Part shown: positions 9,448 through 20,085 of the stretch, piece by piece
How the letters are laid out: every line of letters starts with the position of its first letter
How positions within the stretch are numbered: the first letter of the stretch is position 1
Assembly: GCA_037447435.1 (NCBI GenBank)
Contig: JBBIGR010000002.1
Coordinates: 64,001 to 128,000 of the forward strand
Direction: 5' to 3'
Length of the DNA stretch: 64,000 nucleotides
From: Fibrobacteria bacterium
GTDB taxonomy: Bacteria; Fibrobacterota; Chitinivibrionia; Chitinivibrionales; FEN-1185
The notes under the pieces: generated by a model
What the model was told of the DNA's origin: nothing
Database searches by the model: none
The model's input: only the letters and a program-made list of their open reading frames with translations
Translations under genes and position numbers: made by a program

Positions 9448-10718
9448 AAACCGCCTCTGGAATTATTTGCTTCGTTTCTTTGCTTTTGGGAACCGTGTTT
9501 TTCCAATGCTCGAGAACCACCGTCGTGGGCGGCCCCGGGACAGGCTCCGAAACGACCAACGGGATAACGGCAAAAGCGGAATATCCCAGCGGGCAACCCG
9601 CATCATTCGCTTCGGTGTTTTTAAAACCGAAGAATTTCCTGCCCGACACTGCAGGTTCCGACACGTCAAGCATTCCCGACGCCACGACCGACTCGGCGGG
9701 GACGTTTGTCATCGACTCTGTTGACACCGGCGAATATACCGTTGAAATAAACGACAAAAAGGCGAATGCGGTCATTTTTACCGTTAAAAAGGACTCGGTT
9801 TCGAAAAAGCCGGTCGATTTCGGAAAACAAGTGCTGCAGCCGACGTCCACGCTCAGCGGCCACATAGACCGCAGCAACTTTCCGCTCTCGGTTTCGGTGT
9901 ATGTCCAGATTTACGGAATGAACAAAACGACGACCGTGGATAAAAACGGAGCATTCTCCTTTTCCGATATCCCCGGCGGAATCCGGGAATTACGGATAAT
10001 CGCCAGCGACAAATCGCTGGGTACCATAGACCACGATTCTATCGTCGTTAGCCCGGGATTCAACCATGACCTCGGTAATTTCCAATTACCCGTCAACTTC
10101 TGGCAAGACACGCTCATCGTCCGTGCGATTCTGGATTCCAACGGTCTGGCAAATGTCCCCGTATCCAAAGTCTCTTCCCTGCGGGACGGAAGGATTTTCC
10201 AACTCGATTTGAGCCATCGCGGGCTTAAACGGTTGCCGCAGCAAATCGGTCAATTACGCATCACGCATTTATACCTCGACAGCAATTCGCTTGAATCGTT
10301 ACCGAGCGAAATCGGATCCATCGCGTCGCTGGTGACGCTCCACGCATCCGCCAATCGCCTTGGAACCATCCCTGCCGCAATAGGCAACCTCAAGGGCCTG
10401 CAGCATCTTGACTTAAGCAACAACCTGATCGATTCTCTCCCCGTATCGGTAAGCGGACTGGTTTCCCTTGTCGATCTGTGGCTGCAAAATAATGCGTTGA
10501 CCGTATTGCCGGAATCGTTGGGAAATCTCGGCCAATTGCGCATGCTCAATCTTGAGACCAACAAAATCGCATCATTGCCTTTGTCAATAACACGATTGCA
10601 CAGCCTTGCGTTTCTTTCCGTATTGCATAACCGGCTCGCAACGGTGCCGCCATCCGTTGCGAGTTGGCTCGATATGTATTCCACCGAAAAGGAATGGAGA
10701 GTATCGCAATTGCAATAA
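9444..10718 (+). CDS. Putative lipoprotein with two carboxypeptidase-regulatory-like domains and about seven 23-aa leucine-rich repeats
   Basis: ATGA overlap with the TIGR02147 gene. Signal ends FFQC, followed by GTGSETTNG; LRRs include LDLSNNLIDSLP and LWLQNNALTVLP. Confidence 0.8.
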   Translation: MKTASGIICFVSLLLGTVFFQCSRTTVVGGPGTGSETTNGITAKAEYPSGQPASFASVFLKPKNFLPDTAGSDTSSIPDATTDSAGTFVIDSVDTGEYTVEINDKKANAVIFTVKKDSVSKKPVDFGKQVLQPTSTLSGHIDRSNFPLSVSVYVQIYGMNKTTTVDKNGAFSFSDIPGGIRELRIIASDKSLGTIDHDSIVVSPGFNHDLGNFQLPVNFWQDTLIVRAILDSNGLANVPVSKVSSLRDGRIFQLDLSHRGLKRLPQQIGQLRITHLYLDSNSLESLPSEIGSIASLVTLHASANRLGTIPAAIGNLKGLQHLDLSNNLIDSLPVSVSGLVSLVDLWLQNNALTVLPESLGNLGQLRMLNLETNKIASLPLSITRLHSLAFLSVLHNRLATVPPSVASWLDMYSTEKEWRVSQLQ

Positions 10719-10802
10719 GGTCTGCTTTTAGGGTCTGCTTATGCGACAGGGTCGTACGGAAACGAATGTCGCTTCACAAGTATCGTCGGTGAGGTACTTG
10801 CG

Positions 10803-10846
10803 AAAACCCCGCTCCCCGTCTCTACCGGGAACGGGGTTTTTTATTT
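10803..10846 (+). terminator. Rho-independent terminator
   Basis: AAAACCCCG..CCC / GGG..CGGGGTTTT stem followed by TTATTT. Confidence 0.75.
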
Positions 10847-10877
10847 GCCGCCATCCGTTGTGAGTTATTTTAACGTC

Positions 10878-11978
10878 ATGGAACTTTCCAAAATCGTCAT
10901 CGGGACCATGCGCTTTCGCAATAAGAAAAGCGCGATATCGATCATTAAAAAGGCAATCGATTGCGGGTTCAACTATATCGACACGTCTCCCGCGTATTGT
11001 TACAAATCGGAAAACGAAAATTCCGAGGCCTGGGTCGGCGAGGCCCTGTTGGACGCCGGCTATCGAAACAGGGTCCTTGTTTCATCCAAGTGTTCGCCCG
11101 GAAACGGCGGCCTCGGATTTTGCCCGTTCAACCGGTCAAAAGGACTGGGCGTTGAGAAACAAGAACAATTCGACTCGGTGTTCGACCAGACGTTGCAGCG
11201 GATGAAACTGGAAACGCTGGATTATTATCATCTGTGGACAACGCATACCATGGAACAATTCGACCGGGCGATGCGGCCCCGTCATTGGTACGACGCCGCG
11301 ATGCGCCACAGGGCACTCGGACATTTTTCACAACTCGGGCTTACGACGCACGCCGATGCCGCCACGGTCATTTCGTTTTTAAAAACCGGGAAATTCTCTA
11401 CTGTCACCATTCCCTTCAACGTGCTCAACCGAGCGCAGCTTCCCCTCGTCGACTATTGCGAAAAAAACAATATCAGGGTCATTGCAATGAACCCGCTGGC
11501 CGGCGGACTCCTGGCCGCCAACGCCCGTTTAAAGGAATTGGCGTTCCGCTATCTCCTGTCATTTCCGACGCTGCACATTCTGGTGGGGTTCACCACGCTT
11601 CCCCAGGTCGATTATGCGAAACGGATGCTCGATACCGCGCCGCAGTACAAAAAATCAAGAGACCAAATTCTTTCAATCGTCGATTCGGTCATCGATTCGA
11701 ACGAAACGCGTTGCACCGGTTGCGGGTATTGCCTGCCGTGCCCCAACAACATCAATGTCGGCGCCTGCCTCGCCTATTACAATCTTTACAAATACATGAA
11801 ACTGCCCGAGGCAAAAAAAACATTTACCGATAAGCAGTGGGACGACGGGCTGCGGCTCGATCGCTGCTCTTTTTGCGGAACATGCACCGTCAAATGTCCC
11901 AACCAATTGCCGCTTCGTTCGATAATCAAAGACGCCCAATCCGCTTTGTACGCGAATCAGGCGAAAAAAATCCGATAA
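10878..11978 (+). CDS. Aldo/keto reductase with C-terminal 4Fe-4S dicluster domain
   Basis: IGTMRF, NYIDTSPAY, AMNPLAGG; CTGCGYCLPCP and CSFCGTCTVKCP. Confidence 0.88.
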   Translation: MELSKIVIGTMRFRNKKSAISIIKKAIDCGFNYIDTSPAYCYKSENENSEAWVGEALLDAGYRNRVLVSSKCSPGNGGLGFCPFNRSKGLGVEKQEQFDSVFDQTLQRMKLETLDYYHLWTTHTMEQFDRAMRPRHWYDAAMRHRALGHFSQLGLTTHADAATVISFLKTGKFSTVTIPFNVLNRAQLPLVDYCEKNNIRVIAMNPLAGGLLAANARLKELAFRYLLSFPTLHILVGFTTLPQVDYAKRMLDTAPQYKKSRDQILSIVDSVIDSNETRCTGCGYCLPCPNNINVGACLAYYNLYKYMKLPEAKKTFTDKQWDDGLRLDRCSFCGTCTVKCPNQLPLRSIIKDAQSALYANQAKKIR

Positions 11979-11982
11979 ACAG

Positions 11983-12012
11983 TTGACTTGATGTTCTGGA
12001 TTTGCTTATACT
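11983..12012 (+). promoter_or_regulatory. Candidate sigma70 promoter of the TPR gene (TTGACT-N18-TATACT)
   Basis: Near-consensus hexamers about 80 bp upstream of ATG 12094. Confidence 0.5.
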
Positions 12013-12093
12013 TCTATATTATTGTATTGGTTCATTTTGCCCTCGAATTTAATTTGTTCCATATTGCCAAACTATCGCAGAAGGAGTCTTGTT

Positions 12094-15000
12094 ATGCGCA
12101 GGGACTGTTTTAAAACGTTCTTTTTTGCTTCCGCCGTGTTCGTCTGCTGGCTTTGCTCCCCGGTTTTTTCCGACGAAGCATTCGACAAATTGATGGATGC
12201 TAAAAATTATTCGGAAGCGATCAACTATGCCGACAAGAAAATCCCGACCACCAACCGCGAAGCCGCAGTATGGGTAAAACTCGGCGTGGCCAACCTCGAA
12301 CTCGGGCTTGCCGAAAAAGCGCTCGCCTGTTATCTGGTTGCTAACCGGATGGACGCAAAAAACTACGATGCATTGCTGGGAAGCGCGAAAGTATATAATT
12401 CCCTTTCGCAACCTGCCAATGCCGCCGCAGCAGCCAAAAAGGCGCTCGACCAAAACTTCACTCCCGAGGCAAGCTGGGAATACGCCCGTGCGTGCATTGC
12501 GCTGAACAAACCGGCCGACGCAAAAAAGGCATTGGAAAAAGTGGCCGAATCCGACCCCAACAATTCGGCCGCAGTCAAAGAACTCGGGCTAATTTACTTT
12601 AACGAAAAAAACTACGCAAAAGCGGTCGACCTTCTTAAAATAGCCAATGTCAAGCAGCCCGATCCCGCGCTCACGCTAAAAATCGGTCTGGCCTACAAGG
12701 AATCCAACGGTCCCGATTCGGCACTTGTCTATCTTAAGGCCGCAAAAGACAAAAAGCCGACCGCTCCCGAAGCGGCATTCGAACTGGCCAAAATTTATTT
12801 CAATACGCAGCAATTCGACAAGGCTGCGGCCGAATTCGAAGACGCATCCGCCAAGATCCAACTCGGTGCGTTCGACTTCTGGGCATGGGGAACATCCTTG
12901 TCAAAAACAAACGGCAATGCCGATAAGATCGTCAAGATATTCCAACAGTCGCTCGATAAGTTCGGCGCATCTAAAAGCAAGGAAGCCCTCGAGGCGCATG
13001 CGGCGGTCGGCACTTATTATCTCGACAAGAAAAACTATCAGGCCGCAGTTTCGCATTTCCAGGCCATTTATGCGGCCGACAGTACAGGCAAGCTCGTGCC
13101 CGACATCAATTTTTCCCTCGCCCTTTGCAGTCAAGGGCTCGATTTGCCCAAAAAAGCCATTGCCCAATTGGAACGCGAGCTTGTCGTAAACAGCGGGAAC
13201 GTCGGCGCCTACGCGATGCTCGGCGACTTGTACGAAAAAGCCGGGCTCGCCGAAAAGGCGAAGGCCGTGTACGAAAAAATGCTCTCGCTCAACCCCAATA
13301 ATCCCAAGATACAAATGGCGCTCGGCGACTATTATCTAAAAGCAAAAAAGCACCAGGAAGCGCTGAAATATTACCAAAAAAGCTACACGCTGGAACGAAG
13401 CGCGCTTGCGGCACAGGGAATGGCGGTCTGCGCCTTTGCGCTCGAACAGCCCGACATGGCGCGCGATGCGGCCGAGAGCGCCTTGCATCTCGATGCCAAT
13501 TTGTGGGAACCCCATGTTGTTTTGTCCAAAATTTACTTAAAAGATAAAAACTTCAAAGACGCCAAAGACCAATTCGAATTCATGGTTAAGAAACAACCGA
13601 ATTCGAAGGAATACTGGCTGCAGCTTGCGGTATGTTACGAACAGCTCAACGACCCGGTCCGGTTGGCCGACATCGATAAAAAAATCATTGCGCTCGACCC
13701 GAAAAACATCGCGTCCCGTACCAGACTTGCCCGTTTTACGTTGTCAATGGGCGATACGAAAGCTGCGATCGAACAATATAAGGAACTTGCCGCTATCGCG
13801 CCCAAAGACGCCGAAGTGTTCAAGAACCTCTACGACTTGTCTGTCAAGAACAATGCTATGACGGAGGCCGCGCAGTATTTGCGTTCCTACGTACTTCTCA
13901 AACCGACCGACGCAAGCGCCCAGAAATCGCTCGGCGACATGCTGTACGACAAAAAAGACAATGCCGGCGCATTGTCCGCGTACCGCGCGGCGGTCAAGGC
14001 CGATCCTGCGATAAAAGGCGTTTACAAAAAGTATATCGAATTGCTCGGTACCGGCGCGGAACCCACGGAATTCGCAAGTGCGCTCAACGGCGCAATCGCA
14101 ACGAGTGAAGCCGATGCGCAAACCTATGCGATGCTCGGCACTATTTTTCTCAAACAGGGACAATGCCCCAAAGCCATAGAAATGTTCCAGAAATCAATTC
14201 AGCTCGATCCGCATAACACGAACGTCCTTACGATGCTCGCCCAATGCCAGGCTAAAACCGGCAACGCGAACGAGGCGATCATTTCGTACGAACAAGCGCT
14301 GGCAATGAACGACAAGGCGGTTGAAGAACTCAAAGCGCTCGGCGATTTATACCAGCAACAATCCAAGACGTCTCAAGCCGTGGCTTCGTATAAGAAATAC
14401 CTGGCAAAAGTTCCGGCAAATTCGAAAATCGCAAAAATCATTGCCGATTACGAATACGGTCAGAAAAATTATACCGAGGCGAATGTTTACTTTGCCAAGG
14501 TTACCGGCGAAACCGCGAAATCAGCGGACATGCTTTTCAAATACGGCCAATCGTGCTATTTGGCAAAAGATTTCAAAAAGGCCAAAGAACTGTATCTGCA
14601 GCTTGCTGCGGTTACCCCGAAAAATGCCGACGTGTTTAAAACGTTGTTCGACATTGTTTCCAAAGACAGCACGGCGAAAACGGAAGCAGTGTCGTATATG
14701 CAAAAGTACGTGGCATTAAAACCCGCCGACGCGTCTGCGCAAAAAGACCTCGGCGACATGCAGTACGACCTTAAAAACAACCTCGCCGCCCTGAGCGCTT
14801 ACCGTGCGGCGCTTGCCGCCGACCCCGCCATAAAGGGTGTTTACAAGAGATACGTCGAGCTCGTCGTGCTCAAGGGCACTTCCGAGGAACTGGTCAAAGC
14901 GCTTACCGGTGCGATCAGCGCCCAGGAAGCCGACGCCGCCATGTACGGGTCCCTCGGTGCCGTATACCAAAAACAGGGTAATTGCGCAAAAGCAATAGAC

Positions 15001-18000
15001 ATGTACCAAAAGGCGATCCAGCTCGACCCGCGAAATACCGCAGTGGTGTCGAGCCTTGCCCAGTGCCAGGCAAAGACCGGCGCGACCAGCGATGCCGTGG
15101 TATCGTACGAGCAGGCCATCGCCTTAAACGACAAGGCCGTCGACGAGCTCAAGGAACTCGGCGAATTATACATTGCCCAGAAAAAAACCGCCCAGGCGGT
15201 GACGATGTTTAAAAAGTACGTCGCGAAAAAACCGTCTGACGTTCGCGTCGCCAAATTTATCGCAGACAACGAATTTTCCCAGAAAAACTATGATGAGGCG
15301 ATCAAATATTACGCAATGGTCACCGGTACTGCGGCGAATTCCGCCGAGTTCCTTTCCAAATACGGCCAATCGTGCTACTTTGTAAAAAACTATAAAAAAG
15401 CAAAAGAACTGTTCGTCCAGCTCGCGACGATTTCGCCGAAAAATGCCGACGTATTTAAAACGTTATACGACATTGCGGAAAAAGATCCCGCAACAAAAGC
15501 CGAATCGCAAACCTATTTGCAGAAATATGTTTCCCTCAATCCGGGTGATGCGTCTGCGCAAAAAGACCTCGGCGACATGCAGTACGATGCAAAGAACCAA
15601 AGTGGCGCCCTTGCGGCGTACCGTGCGGCGATAGAGGCCGACCCGTCGATCAAAGGGATATACAAACGCTATGTCGAATTGGTAATGGCAAAAGGAACGT
15701 CCGAAGAACTTGTCAAGGCGCTTACGGGAGCCATCAAGGCGTCGGAAGCCGATGCCGCGATGTTCGCCTCGCTCGGCGCAGTATACCAAAAGCAACTTGC
15801 CTGGGCAAAAGCCGTGGACATGTATCAAAAAGCAATGCAGGCCGACCCGCGCAACGTTTCCGTTTTGTCGTCGCTTGCGAAATGCCAGGCAAAATCGGGC
15901 AATATCAACGATGCCGTTGTTTCCTATGAACAGGTCGTTGCCATGAATCCTGCGGCAATCGAAGAATCGCAGGAACTCGGCGACCTGTACGCAAAACAGG
16001 GCAAAATGAGTCAGGCAATGGCGATGTACAAAAAATGCCTGGAGAAAAAGCCCGGCGACTATCGTACAGCCAAAGCGGTCGGCGATTTTTCCTATACGCA
16101 GAAGAACTATGATGACGCAATCAAATACTATTCGATGGTTTCCGGGCCCGAAACCAAAAACGCCGATTTCTTGTTCAAATTCGGGCAGTCGTGCTATTTT
16201 TCCAAAAATTACAAAAAAGCGGCGGAGTTGCTCAATCAACTCTCGGCGCTTACGCCGGCAAACGCGGAAATTTACAAAACATTATATGATATCGCCGTTA
16301 AAAACAACGGTACGAAAACCGAACAAATTGCCTATCTCAAGAAATACGTCGCCGTAAAACCCGGTGATGCGCAAATGCAAAAAACCCTGGGCGATTTGCA
16401 GTTCGAGCAAAAAAATTCGGCAGCGGCGATTGCCGCATATAAAGCGGCGATCGCCGCCGATCCCGCGATCAAAGGCTTTTACAAAAACTATGTCGAACTC
16501 GTTTCCGCAAACGGGCTTCCCGAAGATATTGTCAAGGCCATGAAGGGTGCCGTCAATGCGGGCGAAGCGGATGCCGCAATGTACGAAGCGATCGGCGGGC
16601 TCGAACAAAAAGCCGGCGCGTACGCAAAAGCGATGGACTATTATCAAAAGTCTATGCAGCTCGACCCGCGTAACGTCAAGGTCCTTTCGAGCCTCGCGCA
16701 ATGCCAGGCCAAAACCGGCAATGTAAACGACGCGGTCATTTCCTATGAACAGGCGGTTGCGATGAATGCCGATGCGATAGAAGAATACCGCATACTCGGC
16801 GAATTGTACCAGCAGCAGAAAAAGCAGTCGCAATCCATAGCGATGTATAAAAAATATTTGGAAAAACGTCCTTCGAATTATACCGTCGCTTTGGCTGTCG
16901 GCGATTTTGCATACGGCCAAAAAAACTATGAAGATGCGGCCAAATATTATGCCATGGTCGGCGGCGAAATTTCGCGTAAAGCCCCGTTCCTGTTCAAATA
17001 TGCACAATCGTGTTATAACGCGAAAAACAACAAGAAAGCCGTTGAAGTATTGTCTCAACTGGCAACGCTTACGCCGCTTAATGCCGAAGTCTTTAAAATG
17101 CTGTACGACATAACCGTTGCGGATCCGACGACTAAAAAAGACGCCAGCGGGTACCTTAAGAAATATGTAAAGCTCAGTCCTACCGATGCCGCAGCCCAAA
17201 AGAATCTCGGCGATTTGTTGTTCGAAGAAAAAAATACGGTCGGCGCGCTTGCGGCATACAAGGCAGCGCTTACTGCCGATCCCTCTCTCAAGGGTTTTTA
17301 CAAACGATATGTTGAACTGGTTACGACGCAAGGTAATGCCGAGGAAACGGTCAAGGCGTTAAAAGGAGCCATATCCGCAGGCGAAGCCGATGCCCCGATG
17401 TACTTCAATCTCGGCAGCGTCTATCAGAAAGCGGCAAATTATTCAAAAGCGATAGAGATGTTTACAAAAGCGTTGCAGCTCGATGCGCAAAACATGAAAG
17501 CATTGTCTGCGCTTGCTTTGTGTCAGGCAAAATCGGGAAATGTGAAGGAAGCGACAATCACCTATGAACAGGTGGTCGCGCTCGATCCGAATAACGTCTC
17601 GGAACTTCGCGCGCTTGCCGATTTATACCTTCGGCAAAACAAAAACGACCAGGCTATGGGCATGTATAAAAAATGCCTTGAAAAGAACCCGGGCGATTTC
17701 AAGACCGCTATTGCGGTCGGCGACTATTCCTTAAAAATCAAGGATTATGACGCCGCGGTGAAATATTATGCCATGGTCGGCGGTGCCGACGCGAAAACGT
17801 CGGCGTTTTTGCTGAATTACGGCGAAGCGTGCTACAAGAGCAAGACCTGTTCCAAGTCCGTCGATATTTACAAAGAATTATTGGTCCTGACCCCGACCAA
17901 CGCCACGGTCGTTAAAACATTGTACGACATTGCGGTCAAGGCAAATAACACTGCCGACGAGATTGTTTACTTAAAGAAATATGTCGCCCTGAAACCCGGC

Positions 18001-19920
18001 GATGCGCAATCGCAAAAAGACTTGGGCGATTTGCTGTACGATCAAAAAGAAACGTCCGGCGCTCTCTCGGCATACCGTGCCGCCCTTAAAGCCGATCCGT
18101 CGTTAAAAGGCTTTTACAAGCGATATGTCGAACTCGTGACCCCGCGCGGCACACAGGAAGAAATCTCCAAGGCGCTTGCCGGAGCCGCTGCAGCAGGCGA
18201 AGCCGATGCGACGATGTATGCGACGCTCGGTGCAATTTACCAAAAACAGGCTTCTTACGAAAAAGCAATTACGGCGTATCAAAAAGCGTTGTCCCTCGAC
18301 CCTCGTAACATTGCAGTGCTTTCGTCGCTTGCGATGTGCCAGGCAAAGAGCGGCAACACGAACGAAGCGGTTATTTCGTATGAGCAGGCAACAGCCATGA
18401 ACCCCGACGCTGTCGCAGAATACAAGGCGCTCGGCGATTTGTATTCCAAGCAGAACAAAGCCGGCCAGGCGCTTGCAATGTATAAGAAATACCTGGAAAA
18501 AAATCCCAAAGATATGGATGTGGCCAATTCCGTTGGCCAGGCGGCCTTTGCAACCAAGAAATACGACGAAGCAGTGAAATACTTTGCCATGATGTCCGGC
18601 CCGGAAACAAACAGCATGGAATTCCTGTATGTGTACGGCCAATCCTGTTATTATTCGAAAGACTACAAAAAGACCATTGAACTTTTCGAAAAATACAGAA
18701 CAAACAATGCAAAACTCGCGACCAAACATGCGGGTGCAATGACGGTTGCAAAATTACTTGCCGATTCCTACGACAAATCTAACAACAGCGAAAAGGCCCT
18801 TGAACTGTATTCGCTGTATACCAAGACCGCTGCCGGCGCCAAAGACGCCGAAGCCTGCTTCCGACGGGCACAACTTACCGAAGCTTCCAGCCCGGCAACT
18901 GCGGCTAAACTCTATGAAGAGAATACGATATCGTTTCCCAAAGACTATCGCAATTTCCTGTATGCCGGCCTATACTATGCAAAGCAGAAAACAATGCTCG
19001 ATAAAGCGTTGGGTATGATGAAGAAATGTGCCGCGCTTGCCGATTCCATTCCGTCGTTATGGCTGGAAATGGGACAGGTGTACGGAAAACTCGGAAAAGA
19101 CAAGGAAGAACTTGAAGCGTATCGCAAGTTCATCCAACTCGATCCGGAAAACGCCGAAGCCTGCGGAAAAATCGGGGAAATCCTGCTTGCCAAGAAAAAG
19201 ACGAACGACGCCATGGTATTTTTGGAAATGGCCAATGCGCTCAGAGGTAACGACCCGAAATTCATGGTGCTTCTGGCTCAAGGATATCTGACGACCGACC
19301 GTTCCAAGGAAGCACTTGATTTATTGGAAAAGGCCGACAAGGTCAAGCCCGACGACGAAAACGTCAAGAGCATGCTTTTCGAATTATACAAGCAGACCAA
19401 TCAGCCGCAAAAAGCGCTTTCAGCCATTAAGGTAATTGCCGAAAAACGCCGCGACACGAAAACGAAACTCAAATATGCCGAGGCATTATATCTTGCGGGT
19501 TCCTACGCTCTTGCCGAAAGTGCGATTAAAGACATTACGGCAACCGAGCCGGAAAACATCGATGCGCTTATGATTTACGGTAAAACGCAATCGGTGCAGA
19601 ACAAGCTCGACGATGCCTTGGAAACGTACAAAGAAATATCCTATATCAATCCGAATTATGCGCCTGCATTGTACGAACGCGCCGAAATCTACGTTACCCA
19701 AACCAAGATCCAGTGGGCCAAAACGTTTTACGAACGCGCGCTCAAAGCCGATCCTAATTTCGCCCTGGCCGAACTCGGGCTTGCAAAGCTCGCAAAAAGC
19801 CAAAAAGATGTTGCAGGTTATCAGCTCCATCTGGAAAAAGCAAAAAAGCTGGATCCGAACAACAGGCTCATTCTCGATGAAACCGGCGGTGTAGCAAAGC
19901 CAAAAAAAACCGGTAAATAA
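12094..19920 (+). CDS. Giant exported tetratricopeptide-repeat protein (2,608 aa)
   Basis: RBS AAGGAG, signal peptide MRRDCFKTFF...VFS, continuous TPR motifs (LGxxY...A...Y.KA...DP.N). Confidence 0.9.
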   Translation: MRRDCFKTFFFASAVFVCWLCSPVFSDEAFDKLMDAKNYSEAINYADKKIPTTNREAAVWVKLGVANLELGLAEKALACYLVANRMDAKNYDALLGSAKVYNSLSQPANAAAAAKKALDQNFTPEASWEYARACIALNKPADAKKALEKVAESDPNNSAAVKELGLIYFNEKNYAKAVDLLKIANVKQPDPALTLKIGLAYKESNGPDSALVYLKAAKDKKPTAPEAAFELAKIYFNTQQFDKAAAEFEDASAKIQLGAFDFWAWGTSLSKTNGNADKIVKIFQQSLDKFGASKSKEALEAHAAVGTYYLDKKNYQAAVSHFQAIYAADSTGKLVPDINFSLALCSQGLDLPKKAIAQLERELVVNSGNVGAYAMLGDLYEKAGLAEKAKAVYEKMLSLNPNNPKIQMALGDYYLKAKKHQEALKYYQKSYTLERSALAAQGMAVCAFALEQPDMARDAAESALHLDANLWEPHVVLSKIYLKDKNFKDAKDQFEFMVKKQPNSKEYWLQLAVCYEQLNDPVRLADIDKKIIALDPKNIASRTRLARFTLSMGDTKAAIEQYKELAAIAPKDAEVFKNLYDLSVKNNAMTEAAQYLRSYVLLKPTDASAQKSLGDMLYDKKDNAGALSAYRAAVKADPAIKGVYKKYIELLGTGAEPTEFASALNGAIATSEADAQTYAMLGTIFLKQGQCPKAIEMFQKSIQLDPHNTNVLTMLAQCQAKTGNANEAIISYEQALAMNDKAVEELKALGDLYQQQSKTSQAVASYKKYLAKVPANSKIAKIIADYEYGQKNYTEANVYFAKVTGETAKSADMLFKYGQSCYLAKDFKKAKELYLQLAAVTPKNADVFKTLFDIVSKDSTAKTEAVSYMQKYVALKPADASAQKDLGDMQYDLKNNLAALSAYRAALAADPAIKGVYKRYVELVVLKGTSEELVKALTGAISAQEADAAMYGSLGAVYQKQGNCAKAIDMYQKAIQLDPRNTAVVSSLAQCQAKTGATSDAVVSYEQAIALNDKAVDELKELGELYIAQKKTAQAVTMFKKYVAKKPSDVRVAKFIADNEFSQKNYDEAIKYYAMVTGTAANSAEFLSKYGQSCYFVKNYKKAKELFVQLATISPKNADVFKTLYDIAEKDPATKAESQTYLQKYVSLNPGDASAQKDLGDMQYDAKNQSGALAAYRAAIEADPSIKGIYKRYVELVMAKGTSEELVKALTGAIKASEADAAMFASLGAVYQKQLAWAKAVDMYQKAMQADPRNVSVLSSLAKCQAKSGNINDAVVSYEQVVAMNPAAIEESQELGDLYAKQGKMSQAMAMYKKCLEKKPGDYRTAKAVGDFSYTQKNYDDAIKYYSMVSGPETKNADFLFKFGQSCYFSKNYKKAAELLNQLSALTPANAEIYKTLYDIAVKNNGTKTEQIAYLKKYVAVKPGDAQMQKTLGDLQFEQKNSAAAIAAYKAAIAADPAIKGFYKNYVELVSANGLPEDIVKAMKGAVNAGEADAAMYEAIGGLEQKAGAYAKAMDYYQKSMQLDPRNVKVLSSLAQCQAKTGNVNDAVISYEQAVAMNADAIEEYRILGELYQQQKKQSQSIAMYKKYLEKRPSNYTVALAVGDFAYGQKNYEDAAKYYAMVGGEISRKAPFLFKYAQSCYNAKNNKKAVEVLSQLATLTPLNAEVFKMLYDITVADPTTKKDASGYLKKYVKLSPTDAAAQKNLGDLLFEEKNTVGALAAYKAALTADPSLKGFYKRYVELVTTQGNAEETVKALKGAISAGEADAPMYFNLGSVYQKAANYSKAIEMFTKALQLDAQNMKALSALALCQAKSGNVKEATITYEQVVALDPNNVSELRALADLYLRQNKNDQAMGMYKKCLEKNPGDFKTAIAVGDYSLKIKDYDAAVKYYAMVGGADAKTSAFLLNYGEACYKSKTCSKSVDIYKELLVLTPTNATVVKTLYDIAVKANNTADEIVYLKKYVALKPGDAQSQKDLGDLLYDQKETSGALSAYRAALKADPSLKGFYKRYVELVTPRGTQEEISKALAGAAAAGEADATMYATLGAIYQKQASYEKAITAYQKALSLDPRNIAVLSSLAMCQAKSGNTNEAVISYEQATAMNPDAVAEYKALGDLYSKQNKAGQALAMYKKYLEKNPKDMDVANSVGQAAFATKKYDEAVKYFAMMSGPETNSMEFLYVYGQSCYYSKDYKKTIELFEKYRTNNAKLATKHAGAMTVAKLLADSYDKSNNSEKALELYSLYTKTAAGAKDAEACFRRAQLTEASSPATAAKLYEENTISFPKDYRNFLYAGLYYAKQKTMLDKALGMMKKCAALADSIPSLWLEMGQVYGKLGKDKEELEAYRKFIQLDPENAEACGKIGEILLAKKKTNDAMVFLEMANALRGNDPKFMVLLAQGYLTTDRSKEALDLLEKADKVKPDDENVKSMLFELYKQTNQPQKALSAIKVIAEKRRDTKTKLKYAEALYLAGSYALAESAIKDITATEPENIDALMIYGKTQSVQNKLDDALETYKEISYINPNYAPALYERAEIYVTQTKIQWAKTFYERALKADPNFALAELGLAKLAKSQKDVAGYQLHLEKAKKLDPNNRLILDETGGVAKPKKTGK
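13930..18700 (+). repeat. Intragenic super-repeat of 819 bp (273 aa, about 8 TPRs), six copies with the last partial; end coordinate approximate
   Basis: The LGD(M/L) anchor of the QKxLGD motif starts at 13930, 14749, 15568, 16387, 17206 and 18022 (periods 819, 819, 819, 819, 816). Confidence 0.9.
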
Positions 19921-19936
19921 TACATCGTTTCACTCT

Positions 19937-19976
19937 TCAAATAAAAAAGGCGCTTTACGGCGCCTTTTTTATTTGA
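19937..19976 (+). terminator. Rho-independent terminator, potentially bidirectional
   Basis: Perfect 17-bp inverted repeat TCAAATAAAAAAGGCGC / GCGCCTTTTTTATTTGA. Confidence 0.88.
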
Positions 19977-20085
19977 GCGAAGTCTTCATCCCATTTTCCG
20001 CCCAAAGCGGCAGTTGGAATGCCGTTTCCTTGAAATATTCCATGGAGCAAAGAGTAATTTAATATATTGTACCTGAGGGCTTTTT

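Noticed and set aside
13930..18700. Long DNA repeats as a mobile element or assembly artefact
   Set aside because: The copies are in frame, substantially diverged and lie inside one uninterrupted ORF.
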